Shown here: positions 13,101 through 26,524 of the stretch, piece by piece
Position numbering within the stretch: the stretch's first letter is position 1
Layout of the letters: the number at the start of each line of letters is the position of its first letter
Assembly: GCA_964106645.2 (NCBI GenBank)
Contig: OZ067044.1
Origin: Podarcis pityusensis
Lineage: Eukaryota
Reading direction: 5' to 3' (one strand)
DNA length: 64,000 nt
Program-made: the position numbers and the translations under genes
Notes under the pieces: model-generated
What the model saw: the letters and a program-made list of their open reading frames with translations, nothing else
The model's database searches: none
Told to the model about the DNA's origin: nothing

Positions 13101-16100
13101 TTTATTACTGCTGAACTGTTGCTATGTCGTAGTTCATCACCCACATCCTGCAATTCATGCTTTTACAACTGTCCGAAAAGAATGATCCACAAGCCTCTCT
13201 TTATAAACAAATGTTTCATCATAATATGACATCTGTTATGTGAGATGATTTAAAACAGCCTCTCTATAGCAAGTGTAAGGTGCGCAGTTGCCTTTATCTT
13301 CTTGCTGAGAGGAGGGAGGGCAAAGTTTGGTTTGATTTGCTTCTGCAGAAGGAAGAAAACAGAGATTTCACACCCAGCAGCAGCAGCTGAGCCAAATCTC
13401 TAGCAGAGGACTGGCGGGAAGAAGCACTCTTAGTTTGGCAATGGTCCATGGCTCAGTAATTGAAAAACAACACCTTACTCTTGTTTTTATAATTTTGCCA
13501 GGCATGTATAAACAGACTTCTTAAAAAGGGTGGTCATATCTTAAAACTGATGAATTCCCATGAAAAGCTACTTTGATTCTTACAGATCTCTACAAACATA
13601 TCTTTACTAGAAAGAACATTTTATGAATAGTTTTCCCAAGGGGGAAAGGGGAATTGTTTTTATGATTTCAACGTTCTTCATTCAGGGGAGAAGTCTGCAC
13701 CCTAGACAGAAAGGAGTGGTGGTCTTACACGCTTCAGCTTCCTTTCTACAGTATTATGAAGATTACAATGTTTGGCTTTAAATAGTTTTGCTGTGTCATG
13801 AAATAAAAATGTAAAAGAGAAATGTATGGCTGTGATGCTTCATACTCTTCAACTGAACTTGAAACGACCCAGATTGTGGTGTGATTCGAGATTCAGTTTT
13901 ATTTAATTCCAAATGCAAAACACGAGAGGCTAAGGCATTGTCAAAGTTTGAATCTCTGATTCCTCTCATGTGTTTATGCCCACAAAATCTTTACAATAGA
14001 CTTGCTTTTGGGAACAGAGTGCTGTCTTTTGTCTCTGGGAAAAATTGAGAGGTTGCAAATGAAAGCATAAAGAGGCCTCTTTATTCATGTCCCCAAGTCT
14101 TTGTTTCATTGGGCATTGTTTCAGTTTATAAGAGTTGTTTTAGCAGATATAGCGTGCTGGAAAGGCCGACTGATTCCCATGCACATCAGTGCAGGCTTGT
14201 TAAAATCCTGTTATCTACTCAGCTGCCCACCCAGGATTTATTTGTTTCAAGGGTAGTTAGGATGTCTGTTTTCCCCCCTCTCCTTGTTAGTTACATTGAG
14301 TTTGCTTATTAAATTATGGAATTTGACAGCATCTTGGGCTGAAGAACCGCCTCCCGCTCTGATTTTCAGGGTTTATTACAGTTGTTGTTTAAAAGCAGTA
14401 CTTAGCATTTTCCAGAATAATTCTCTTATAATTCAGAAATCATGTGCATTTTGTTTAGCACAGTTGTTTGTCTATAGGTGCCTAAGATAATTGCAGTCAA
14501 ATTTTGTGTGCAGCTTAATGTTCATATGACACCAAAATACTTGGGAAGTGGAAGTCCTCTGATTAAAAATGTTTATGGTAATGAAATGTACAATACCACC
14601 TAGTATAGTTTTTGACTCTGGTCACGTAGATCTTTTATTTGGCCTTCTTTCACTACAGAAGTGGGTTGTTAAATTGTACAGTGTTGTATGTTTTAATGAG
14701 GTAAGAGCAGGAGACAGCATGGTTATTAATGTCATACTTGGCATTTAGGTAGATCAGCTATATTAAAGAAAGCCTCCAATTGATGGTATTAGCTACAAAC
14801 AGTGTAAATGGCTTACTAGTGATAGTTCAAAGGACTATTTAAATTTTAAATGCCTGTCTGTAGAAACCTGCTTAGATTGGAATTGTTTAAGTTGTGCTGT
14901 AAGATGACACAGGAGTGGTTTTTTTTAACTGTTGAACTTAGATTACTATTTACTCCCATTAATGAAAATGCTGCATGAAAACAGTTTTTTAAACTAAGGG
15001 TTAACAGTTTCATAAAGACAGCAAATCAGGCTTTCTTTGTGAACTGAGTAACTATTCTTCAGTAACTTTATAGCAAAGACGATTGTATTAAAAACATTTA
15101 TTTGCAAATGTATATAGAGATTTCATATGACTGCATTTATCCAATTAGACAAATTCAGAGTTGAGCAGAGCTTGAAATGTATTGACAGGTTTAGTGAACA
15201 TGTTTTGAATTGGCCATTAAATCTCTTGAATGCCTCAGATTCATATCTGACAAACTTGATAATCAGTTTTTCATAACATTTATTTTTATTTGAAGAAATG
15301 AATTTGTTTTTTCCACAATTCTACTTCAGCCTGAATGGCTGTTTAAGCTGAAACATTCAGTTATATGAAGAATCAAGATTGTGTATTATTTAGATCTTAC
15401 TAGACAAGTGGGATTTGTTCCTTGCATCCCAGTTATCAAAAAGATTAACCCTTTGCCCCCAGAATTCTAATTGCAGCCATTTAGAAACAAAGAGGTTGTT
15501 TGTACAAGATAGTAGCAAAATCGGGGTTTATGCCAAGTGCAATGCTTCTCAATTGAATGGGGTTGCGAGTATTACATAAATTTTGTCTTGCATTTCAGGC
15601 ACCTATAAAGGCAACTTGTGAAGAAGGCACATTATGCAAGACTGGGTTTCCTGAAGACGTTTACAATGCAGTCATATCCAGGGGAGTTCATGAAGGACAG
15701 CCTCTTCTAAATGGTACGGTTGCATGTGACATTTAGTTTCTTATTTCTTGTGCATACATTAATTCTAAGGTATATTGTTTGGATTCCTTAAATAACACAA
15801 GAACCCCCTTTTACTTCAGTAATATACCAGATATATACTACTAGATGTAGTTTTGGGATTCAGTTGGATAGAAATGATTGACCAAAGGTTTGCCATTGAA
15901 ATGCCTCTTCCAGAGTACTTTTCTACAGAACTCATTGTGAGATGGCTTCATTGTAATACTTTTCTGTTAGGCCTCTTGATAAGGTCATTCTAGATTTTGT
16001 AAATTATAACAAGGACCTTTCTTATCCTAAATAGGAACTGAAATTTTATTACAGAAAAAGATTGTCCCCAAATCAGTTCCCTCCCTGTACCAAAATTTGC

Positions 16101-17689
16101 TTGCTATGTGGCCAGGGTAGTGTTCATAGAAGGATAAAATAGTATAATATCTATGTTCTCATCTCCCCTCACCCACTTCTCTCATTCTGAGTGTTTTTTG
16201 TACATGTGAAAGCCTTTTACCAAGCTGTCATATGATTTGTGAAAGCAACCTACTTTTTAAAAAAATCCCTCTATCCTTTTCCCCCAAATGGCATAATAAC
16301 CAGAATGAGAACAAAAAGAAAGGCGGTTCCCATTTCTTCAGCCTTCAATGCCACAGAAGCTGGCAGAAATCTCAAGAAACACAAAAATATTAAAATTGTT
16401 TATTTCTGTTCTGTGGGAAACATATATTGTGTGAAATATATTGCTAATACTTTACAGCTAGACAGATTTTTCTATACAAAGAGAGAGGGAGAGAGAGAAT
16501 TTTAATTGTCAGTAGAGGGCCTCAGAGTAAGAAAAATGTATTAATTTTGTTGTTTTATAAGCTGTGAATATCATAGAAATTACTTTGCAGCTAATTTAGA
16601 AATTATGGCGCTGATCAAGAGGATTAGTTTCAGTGAGTTTCAAATCTATCTTAAATAAAAACTAATTTGATTCTATCCATTGTTTCTTTCTTCTACAAAT
16701 ATTGCTGCATAGATCAAGCCATTAACATAAATGAAAAAGATTTTTTTTAAAAATGGAGCCACAAATCAAACTGATCCTTGAAACAAAAGCTTTCTTCTGT
16801 ATTTAACGTATTCTATTCAACAGTGTCTGCTCATAATTATATTTTTACAGACCTTCCTAGTGCTTTCATAACAATAATTGAATCTCAAATGCAAAAGGAT
16901 TTTATTGGTTTTAGATTATTAAATCCTGACTTTAATAAAGTACTTCCTTGATTCATTTAAAGCAAGGAAATAAATTCCATATATTTGGTTCACTAATTAG
17001 TAGGTTTCAAAATTGATAAGACAACTTGGAATATTCTTCAAAACTAGTTTCTTGATATTGGGAGTTGTGTTGTGGTTTCTATCTTTAACTGTGAATTGCT
17101 AGAGTTCAATTTGGTAGTGCAATTAGCTGCAATTCACACCTATCATAATAGCCAAACCGGCAGTTTCTTCCCTGTTTTCAAAATAATGTTTCCTGATGAT
17201 TTTGTTCACATTCATATACGAGTAAGTATAAAATAATCCTCCCTCTTAAGAAGACTTGCAGATAATTTGCCCAGAAAAGTAACTAGTTCAGAAAAAGCAC
17301 CACACACTTCTGCTAGTAATTTGTTACCTAAACGAAAAGAGCTGTCACTTTGGTAAAGTTTCTCTTCCAAGTCTTCTAGAGGTATTCCTACTTGCCCTGT
17401 GGAGAAAAATGTTTGTGAAGGATCTGAACAAAGGAACTGCAGATAAAGTGTGAAATCTTTGTTTCAAGAAGAACTTTGAGATTATTTACACTGATCCCAA
17501 GGGAGTACAATCACAATATGTTTGTTAAATTCTTTCAATATATAACAACATTGTAAAGACAAATAATGAAATATCCCAATTTAAATAAAAAAGAGGGGAA
17601 AACAATCACAATATGCTACTCATCTAATAGTTAATATTCTACTATTATACAGACATAAAGCTTAACATTAATCATTCTATCTGCATATA

Positions 17690-17990
17690 TAACCATGGCT
17701 GAGTAACTATTGGCCACAACCTAGAATATGAAGCCATAGTTTGAAGGGGGCTGGCATACCATGGTTTGTATAACTATGGCTAAATGTTAACATCTGTACT
17801 GAGCAAACTTTGGTTAATTGAGATCCCTTGCCTCTCCGAAGTTCTCTGCTGGGTACTTTGCTAGGTCTTCTGCTGCAAGCTTCACTGGTGTCTTCTTATA
17901 CACACCCATAGGGATAGTGTTTAGCTTAGCAATCAAAACCATGGTTTCACATAACACTAAACCATGATTTGCAAGATGAAGCCTCAGATT
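17690..17990. mobile_element. AACCATGGTT-rich palindromic repeat
   Basis: Multiple AAACCATGGTT/ACCATAGTTT motifs; similar cluster at ~33600-33970. Confidence 0.45.
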
Positions 17991-18710
17991 CACACCCTTC
18001 TCTCTTTCCTCCAGTGAAGCTATGAGGAGTTTGGAAGCTTTCATACCTGTTTCAGCATGTACAAATTGGATTAATCTTAACTGTGCTGTGTAACAGCAGA
18101 AGTGGCTGGGGGGTGGGCATGTAAAAAAGCTATGAGGTAGAGAATGTTTTATATTTTTTCCTTCAGAGACAACCCCTAATGCCCCTAACAAATCCAATGC
18201 CACAAGAGGCTGGTCTCTTCCAGTACTCTGATTGTGTGATGTCCATGTGACAAGCCCAGGTCATGAATTGTGTGGAACGCAGGGTGGTTGTTCTTGAGTT
18301 TTGTGGTACCAGCATCCAGAAGGAAGGTTGCTATAAATTTTTAGGTAGCAAGCAGTTAGCCATAAGAGAATGTGGGGTATTGAAATTTAGCCATAAACCT
18401 CACCTTTCAACAAACCAAAGTTTAGCTCAGTCTCCTCCCGCCCCAAACACGTAGACACCAAATACACATAACCTTCTGCATTATCAGATAACCCAACACA
18501 GGACTTTACAAACTAGTCACAATACATCTTGGTGGATTAATTTGCTATAAATCTGAAAAGTTTATTTTGCAGGGGAAACATTTGGCCTGAAAGCCAAGTG
18601 CCCTTAAATAACTGGCGAGTGCAGGGTGGTCCAACACATAGCCTACGGGTCACATGCGGCCCTTGACGCCTTTGAGATGGCCCTTGCTATACCCCCTCCC
18701 AGTTAATGAC

Positions 18711-18739
18711 CAGCAGCAGCAGCAGCAGTGGCAGCAACA
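18711..18739 (+). repeat. (CAG)n microsatellite next to a hAT TIR fragment (18621-18685)
   Basis: (CAG)6 TGG CAG CAA; preceded by CAGGGTGGTCCAAC..ATGCGGCCC. Confidence 0.8.
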
Positions 18740-19602
18740 AACTGTTGTGCTTCGGTGTTGTCAGAAATTCAAAGTATTCTTCTGCCTCACTTGGTCTGAG
18801 AGATTAGACCACCCTGGGTTAGTGGATTACAGCAGTGCATCTTACTGTATTTTATCTAATTGGGTTATACTCAGAGTAGACACATTAAAGTCAGTTAAGT
18901 CTACTCTGAGTATATATCAACCACTAGATAACACAGGAATTCAGTTGCAATATACAGAGAGTGACTATTACAAGACAGTTTTTAATTTCTTTTTTATTTG
19001 AATCAGTGTGTATTAGTTTTTAAAAAAAACTTCCTGGGGCATCATGTTTGTTTGTTTTGTTCACTACAACTTCCTTAGTCAAATTATTTTAATGGTTAAT
19101 TCTCTTGAAAGTACCGACATGCTTGAAAGCATATCATTTGCTGGTTTTACATAAATGTACAGGCCATCATTGGATGGCTTTGACTTAAAATTTAATTACA
19201 CTGTCATTTTGAAGTACTATTGTTGTCAAAAGCCCATTTTCTGGTTATTAAACTAGATGCATGTGACAATAGAAGTTAAGCATGCTTTGTGTTGTGCTCC
19301 CTTTTGAGGGTGAAAACTCTGTGGGCCAGATTCGGAACCCTGTATTTCCCTTGATATTGTTGGCGTATATCCAGATTTACACCAGCTCGAGATCTGAATT
19401 TTGCACTTTAATTGTTATGGATTTTCTGTGAGGGTTGAAGCTTTTTAAAGATTTTTTTTACTATACTGTCAGTTGCCTGAGGTATAGAGGTTTTATTATC
19501 CTCTTAGCCAGCATTAAAATACAGCGACTGAGGCAAGAGACTCACAAACAAACTTTTTTCATTTGTTTTCTGTTCTTTTTGTTGGATTTTAACACATTAG
19601 GG

Positions 19603-20436
19603 CAGGGGTGTCAAACTCAAATTCATCGGGGGCCGCATCAGCAGTTTGGTCACCCTCAAAGGGCCGGTTGTATCAGTAGGACTATGTGTCCACTCTTTAT
19701 TATCATAAATTATTGTCACTGCATTCAATTATTACTGTTTTTTGTAATAATGTAAGTAATAACTAGCTCTGAAAGCAGAAACATAGTCAGAATAATGGCA
19801 AGTAGATATTCAAATGTACAATTATTGTACAATTTACTGAAAAATGATTTTTGGTAACAGACAGTAATTTTTTTTTTAAACATACAAATGTTGCCAAACA
19901 TTGTTTATTACACATATGGCAAACACAAGGCATTAACTTTTTTAAACTTTTCTGACTAGATGGCTGACATCGTTTTCCTGAGGTCAGTCCATCGATGTCT
20001 GGCGTTAGGTCTTGTGCTGTAGCAATCCGCAAAACAGCATGGAGGTTATCATCAGTGATGCGTGATCTGAGCTTGGTCTTGTTCAGATTCATGACTGAAA
20101 ACATCTGTTCACATAGATAGGTGCTCCCAAACATGGACAGAACACGTGCAGCTTGAAGTCGGAGCTGTGGCATCAATATAAAAACAAGTGGAGGTTTCCT
20201 GAATGCATGTAAAGTGGAGGTTTCCTGTGTAGAATGGCCGGCGCCGCTAGAGGGCAGACGTTCTCTGGCTTGTAGGCTGCCGCGCATGTGCTGAAGAGGC
20301 GGCTTTCTTGTGTCAAAAAAAAAAAAAAAAGCGAGAATAAAAGGTGAAGGCTGGCGGCCGGTGGCGGCTACACGGGCCACATGACGAGGTCTGGCGGGCC
20401 GGATTCGGCCCGCGGGCCTTGTGTTTGACACCCGTG
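19603..20436 (-). mobile_element. Young non-autonomous hAT (Buster/Charlie, GTF2IRD2-like) transposon, 834 bp
   Basis: TIR CAGGGGTGTCAAAC / GTTTGACACCCGTG (13/14), perfect 8-bp TSD CATTAGGG (19595-19602, 20437-20444), GGGCCG subterminal repeats, CpGs retained. Confidence 0.95.
19945..20173 (-). pseudogene. hAT transposase C-terminal dimerisation-domain remnant
   Basis: [72 protein letters not shown]; FGSTYxCEQxFS..K.RSRLTD motif; catalytic core deleted. Confidence 0.9.
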
Positions 20437-20552
20437 CATTAGGGAAACACTAATTTGTTTCCCTTAAAAACAGAAAACTCTTAAGGTTATACTTGCACTG
20501 TGAAATGTTAGAGATCTGTGTCAGATACTGCTTTTGCATGTCTCCTCAATAC

Positions 20553-20637
20553 GGCTGCAAACCTATAAGCACTTACCTGGTGGTAAGTCCCGTAGAACTC
20601 AGTGAGACTTCCTTCTGAGAAATGTATAGGGTTGCAC
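20553..20637. mobile_element. ~85-bp palindromic MITE-like repeat
   Basis: TGCAAACCTATA...TATAGGGTTGCA inverted ends with GTAAGTCCC/GAGACTTCC inner arms. Confidence 0.6.
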
Positions 20638-21102
20638 GTTAATTCAGTTTACGGGTGCACAAATCCCAGCTATCTGTTGCAGTGCAACAGTTACAGAAAA
20701 TGCACCCCAAAGAGATCTACCAGACAGAATCTCATGTAAGTGTTAGATAATTTGTTGAAAGAAAGCAGTTCTGTGGCAGCTCTTACAGGCGGCCTAGATA
20801 GGCAGGGAGAAAAATAGACAGCAAGAATAGAATATAGGCAGACTCTTAGACAGAGCCAGAATCTGGCTGTTGCTTAAGATGTAGGCCAGACTGTTTTGCC
20901 AGGGCGGGGGGAATCAATAGATTTCCTTGGTGGATGGGGTGTTGCTGGAAGATGAAACAATAATACAGCTTTTTCAAACATTACTGCAATTCTGAATGGC
21001 TTGCCAGTAGGGGCAGAAAAACAGAAATCTGGTGACCTCTGTTTCCAATTCCCTTTTACCAAACTCATAAGGATGACTCTGCCTATTTCTCGTATGTCAA
21101 TC

Positions 21103-21103
<1 letters not shown>

Positions 21104-21138
<35 letters not shown>
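21104..21138. repeat. (TTA)n microsatellite
   Basis: ~11 TTA units. Confidence 0.95.
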
Positions 21139-21579
21139 TGTATTGCCTACCAGGACATACTTTGCTTTACATAAAGCAAAAATAAGACAAGACCCTCTCT
21201 CAGGCTTACAACTTCTTTTTCAACTTTGCTGCTAGTTAGAAAACACAAAATGGGCAATGATTCTATAGTCTGCTCACATCCTGATCCTAAAACATTTCTA
21301 TAGAGTTGAAGTTGGGACTTACTTCTCAGTACACATACTTGGGCTTTCAGGCATTGTGCTTTTGACTTGGTAGCTTGTTCTCAGATATTTTACCTCTAAA
21401 ACCAGCTTTTTTTGTTTAAAATGAATCTGTGAGTTTTAAGTCTGCATATCTATATTTGATTATATTTGATTACTGATAGTTTATGGTTTACATCTACTTA
21501 CAATCTTCACATGACCTTCATAAGGTGCACTGGCTTATGTTTCATTTCTGGATTAATTTGCAAGGGCTGGTATAGCTAT

Positions 21580-21830
21580 CCAAAACCCCTTACACTTTGG
21601 GACCAGTTCCTTGAAGGATTGCCTGTCTCCATGTGTGCCTGTCCTTACACTAAGATCCTCATTGAAGGCCTTTATCCACATTCCTTTCCCATCTGAGGTA
21701 TGTACAGCAGGTGCCTGCCAGGGAAGCAGCCTTCTCGGTGGTGGTGCCCCAAAAGTAGGATGCTTTCTCCAGGGTGACTTGTTTGGTGCCTACTCCAGTG
21801 TCATTTTGGCGCCAGAAAAAGAACTTATTT
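21580..21830 (+). mobile_element. L2 LINE 3' fragment
   Basis: TTGGGACCAGTTCCTTGAAGGATTGCCT...GCCTTCTCGGTGGTGGTGCCCC resembles the L2 ORF2 end and the copies at 8340-8580 and 43380-43650. Confidence 0.7.
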
Positions 21831-22774
21831 TCTTAGAACCTTTAATTCAATTTATCTGTTTTGTCTACATGAGGTCTCTTGTTTTTATGCTGCTCCTTGT
21901 GATTTTATGGTTTCTAATAAATCTTTCTATGTTTTTAATAGCATGTTTTAAATTAAAGATAATTTGTTTTCAGATTTTGTATGGGTATAAGTCCTTCAGA
22001 ATTAAACAAAAAGTGTGTTGAATATAAGGTACATTGAAAATTACTACAGAAATATAGTGATCTTCCTTTTTGAGATAAAACTGAAATTTGCAAAGCAGTG
22101 AAAAAAGTTAAGGAGATGGATGTTAGAAAAACTCCTTTCTTGATAGTGAAGTGCTGTCAAATGTTTTATCTTAGGTACTTCACTGGTGGGCTTTCTGTCA
22201 TTCTAAGCATCTAACTGATCACTCTGTTTGGGAAAGGAATTTTACTCAACGTCCTATTGGTGGTCAGGAGTGGTTTTTTCCAGCTCTTATCACTTCCGCA
22301 GCATATGATCAAGCCTGGAAGTTTGTCTCATCAAAGTATAGCTTATGACAGCTTTCTTATTGCTGATAGCAAATGTGCTCCACAAGCACATACAACCTGT
22401 TGGATTCCCCCCCCCCCAACTCTTGTGGTATGCTAGGAATTAATGCAGTTTTATTGTTCTAAAAGTATCCCAAGATTTAATAAGTTTTCCATTTCAACAC
22501 CACATTCTGTACAGTTCAATGAAGAATTCCTGCACAGAAATCTTGCATCAGTTCCAGTGGCTATATTGGGTAGTCTATATTGTACATTCTGATATGCTTT
22601 TGTGCAGTCCTTTCGATTAATAAAATTATAACATCATGCTTACCTTTGATACAACTGTTGCCCTGCAAATATTTGCCATGCATATTGCTTGGGTTACTGC
22701 AAATCGGTTATTGTAATGTTTTTTTAGCATACCAGAAAAGTTGCTATAGCGTAAGATTCTACATAGTGTAAGTG

Positions 22775-22950
22775 GGTGTCCACTCAATTTAGCAGCACTT
22801 CTCCTTTATCTCCACGCCTTTGGAGTCCTCTTCCCACCCCTAGATCTGTTCCAGAGGATTGGGGGACCTTCTAGAGCAGATTTTATGGGGACTGGAGAGG
22901 GAAGAAGAGAAAAATCCAGTTGTCCAAGTGAATTTGTGTTGCAAAAGCAG
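22775..22950. mobile_element. Palindromic non-autonomous repeat (AATCTGCTCC..GGGGGACC..GAGCAGATT family)
   Basis: Related copies at ~32630-32830 and ~53120-53260. Confidence 0.45.
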
Positions 22951-24461
22951 ACAGACATCATTGCTTTTTTGAGTTTCATTCAGATGAGTGAACAATGATT
23001 AATAATCACCTAACTGCTTTATATCAATATGAGTTGCTTACGAAGTTTTTAATTTAAAAACATTTCTAAAATGGAAAACAATAGTGTTCTATGACATTCA
23101 GTATTAGAAACTCAGTTATATAAGGTAGGTGCCAAATGGCTCCTTAAACCATGGTTATAGTTGCCAAAACGGAATGCCTAATTTCCATTTTGGGGCATAA
23201 TCTCTTGTGAATAGTGGCTTTAAAAAATAAAGTCTTTTATTTAAATATGCAGATTTTTCATGAATCACTGGCTTATTATAATCTTAGCAAAAATGTAGAA
23301 GAGCCAGAGTATGTGTTCACAAAATTTCTGTGTAAAACTGTTGGTTTTCACATTGTGTATATAATTATATGTTCAGTTCTATCATTTAGATTTATAATGG
23401 GATCTTTTGTTGACTTGTCATCCTTTAACATCAGAAGACAGAAATTACTAGAACTTCCTGTTGAATGGGTTGGTTTTTTTAAAAAGTGTCTTATAATACA
23501 GATTATAATACAAAAATAAAACCACATTCTAGCAGTAACTAAAAACATAATGAATCCATTAAATTAAATAATACTGTGTTAAAACATTGGATGTCATTCA
23601 GTTTGCGCTAATCGACTTGACTTCATTGTTCTGAACATAGCTCATCGTTGTGTATCACCAATATATGTGTTATTGTAAACCATCTTAATTCTTAAGCAAG
23701 GGTAGAATGCAACTAGGGATGATTAATGGATGGTTGGGTACAAATAAGGGGTATTCTCATGTGGATACAGACTGTAAGGAACCTTATCTTGCCTGGGAAG
23801 TTGTATTAAGATCAGTAGCAGCATGTAAGGGGATGGTGGAGGTTTGCCCATTTTTATGACTTTTTTTTGGCAGGATATATACATGGCTTTCCATATAAAT
23901 CCATAATATCCTACCTAGGAGCTTCAGCTGAGCCAGCAGTTTGATAAAATAGAGCAGTCTTGGTAGAGTAGATGAGAAGACTCTGTGGAGAGGAAAGCAT
24001 GACTCCATGCGAGATGAGGGCTCTGCCGGATTAACAACTACAGGGTGAAAGTGACCCAGGAGCCGAGCTTGTAAGACACTCATGTTGAGCGGGTGGCTGA
24101 AGAAATCCAGAGTGTGGATGGGCAGTGGAAGGGGCTGGGACTGTGAAGAGATGCAGTCAGTAGCTGAAGGCAAGGGGGAAGACAATGCCTTGGAGAAGGG
24201 TGAGCCGGCTGAAGCTGAGATGCTGCTTCTGATTGATTTCTTCAGTCACTGGGAGCCTGTTGTGGAAGAGGGGAGCGGTGCAGTAGGAAAGGCCTTGCAA
24301 AGGAGGTGGAAAGTGTGTTGGGAGAAGAGTGAGCAGGCTGAGGAGCTGCTTCTAATTTGTTTCTCTATCCCTTGGGAGAGTGCTGTGGAAGGAGGAGTGC
24401 AGGAGGAAAGAGCCTCAGAGGATGGAGATGAAGATCTGTTGTTTATAGAGCTCTTCACTCC

Positions 24462-24488
24462 GTGTGTGTGTGTGTGTGTGTGTGTGTG
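24462..24488. repeat. (GT)n microsatellite
   Basis: Direct inspection. Confidence 0.95.
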
Positions 24489-24982
24489 CATGAGCGAGAG
24501 GAATCAGTGCCTGTGCAGATGCCAGAAGAAGAGGAACAGCAGAAGGAATTTGTGCACCTGAGTGTGCACCAGCGCCTGAGGAAATGGTGGCAGAGGAAAA
24601 CCCAAAGGAAAAACTGAAGCTCTGTGTACATGCACCAGGAGGGCAGCCAGCATCTGCTGAGTTGAGTGAAATAAAACCCAGCAATGACCTTTCATGTCCC
24701 TATACTAGGTTCATCCCTTAAGCAGGCCCCAGCAGCCAGGGTCACTCAGAGTCCCATGAGTTTGGGGGGCAAGAGCCCCTGGGAGGGTTACTTGTATTTG
24801 TTTGGGCCCATGAAATGTATTAGGAGTAAGCGTAGAGGGGGAATCCTGGTCGTCTTTTTGGGTGAACTGGGCCAGCTGATTGTGGGAAAAGTGCTCCAAT
24901 ATAAAGACTTGTGGTCGGATTATGATCAGCATCTTGGGGCAGGAGATTAAGTGGACTGGCCCAAGGGTGGCAAGAGAAGGAA

Positions 24983-24986
<4 letters not shown>

Positions 24987-25053
<67 letters not shown>

Positions 25054-25055
25054 AA
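24987..25055. repeat. Compound (AG)n(AAAG)n microsatellite
   Basis: Direct inspection. Confidence 0.95.
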
Positions 25056-26524
25056 AGTCTCCACTGTCCTTCACTCTGAGGAAACCGAACTCTTGAGTAA
25101 GCGCCTGGAACCCCTGAATTCTTGTACCACTCAGAGTTGGGTGGCATGCAACAATGCATTCATTGTCATGCTGCAAGTGAGAATTGACTTCTCTCCCATA
25201 TGAAAAGCAATACCAGTTAATTTCTCTTCATTTTATGTTGTGTTGTGAACCACTACAGTATTCTGGTTTTCAGGTTCATTGTAGACCACCACATTTTATT
25301 GACTTACATAATTCTCTTCTTGTAAGCCCCCACAATGGATACATAGACTGAAGAGAAAGGGGCAGGGCTCCACACATTATGGATACCCAGCAATTATTTT
25401 TAGGGACCTGTGAAGTATGGCATTTTTGTTCCCTGTTTCACATGCATTTTATATCTCCTGCCTCACAAGATGGCTTTATAGAGGGAAAAGGATGGGCAAG
25501 GGTAGTACATTGCTAGTGTATTAGTAGCAACTCTTCTCCTCCAGCTCCTGACATAGATTGGTCCCAATACAAGATAGAGCCTGGTACTATTTTGGAAGAG
25601 GCACTCTTCACAACTACATTGCTAGGAGCTTTGCTTTTTTTTTTTTTAAGGCTATTACACCTGTCATGAAATATAGAGGACACTTTCTCTGCTTTTGAGC
25701 AGAATTAAATGTATAATTGCCATTGGAATCTTGACCACAGTTGTAGAGTACTGGAAACAGACATTTTGTGAGGCAGAATGTAGGCATTTTATTAAATTAA
25801 AGCCTGAGCTTAGGCCAGCACGGTTTTTAATGATGCACTCCATCTTTCACTGACTTTATATTTTAAAAAAACGCACTGGGCTTTGACTAAGGGCAAAAGA
25901 AAGAAAAAAGTGTTGTGTTACTTTCTTGTTGAGTAAGCCAGAACTGCATATCATGCATGATCTGGCAAACAGTTCAGGGTTTAGTTGGACTAGATCAATA
26001 AATTCAGATCCCTTTGTTTAGTAAGATCGATGCGATGTAATGAAGTCTGTGCTCCAATTCCCTGCTAAGGATCACTGCAGGGGATAGGAAGGTGTCTGTT
26101 TCTGTGTTATAAAGTACAGCAAACATTATAGTGAATATTTTTTGTATTATATAAGGATTGGACTGCACTTTTATTTTTCTTCTTCTCCAGTTTTAGAAAT
26201 CCCCTTTAGAAATCCACTTGAAGTGCCCTAGGAAATGAACTTTCATTTTTATGACTTTTCTTTTGCAAGATACATACATGCCTTTCCATATAAGCCCATG
26301 AAATCCTACTTGCTTCAGACTTCTCGCCTTTGTTATGTTGACGGGGTATTATAAATCCTTTTTTGAAAAATCCATTTTGAAATTAAAATGCATACTTGAG
26401 GGAAGAACATTGACTTTTAATATAACCCCATATTCTAGGCATGTTTTTGATGTAAAGTTTGTAAGATGAGCTTCAGTAGCTGTTGCAATGCAATGGAGCC
26501 AATGCCTAATTTAAAAGTAAAGTA

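Larger units (their letters stand above)
23773..25257 (+). mobile_element. Possible degenerate LTR (Gypsy/ERV-type) with purine-rich internal repeats
   Basis: TGTAAG start and CTACA end, abrupt purine-rich composition, AATAAA at ~24669, diverged internal repeats; no TSD found. Confidence 0.35.

Noticed and set aside
18654-19001. PolyQ-containing ORF
   Set aside because: Starts in a hAT TIR fragment and crosses a CAG microsatellite and a MITE; no splice or homology support.
24711-25203. ORFs of 107-118 aa with ER/SL/SF repeats
   Set aside because: Artefacts of the (AG)n(AAAG)n microsatellite.
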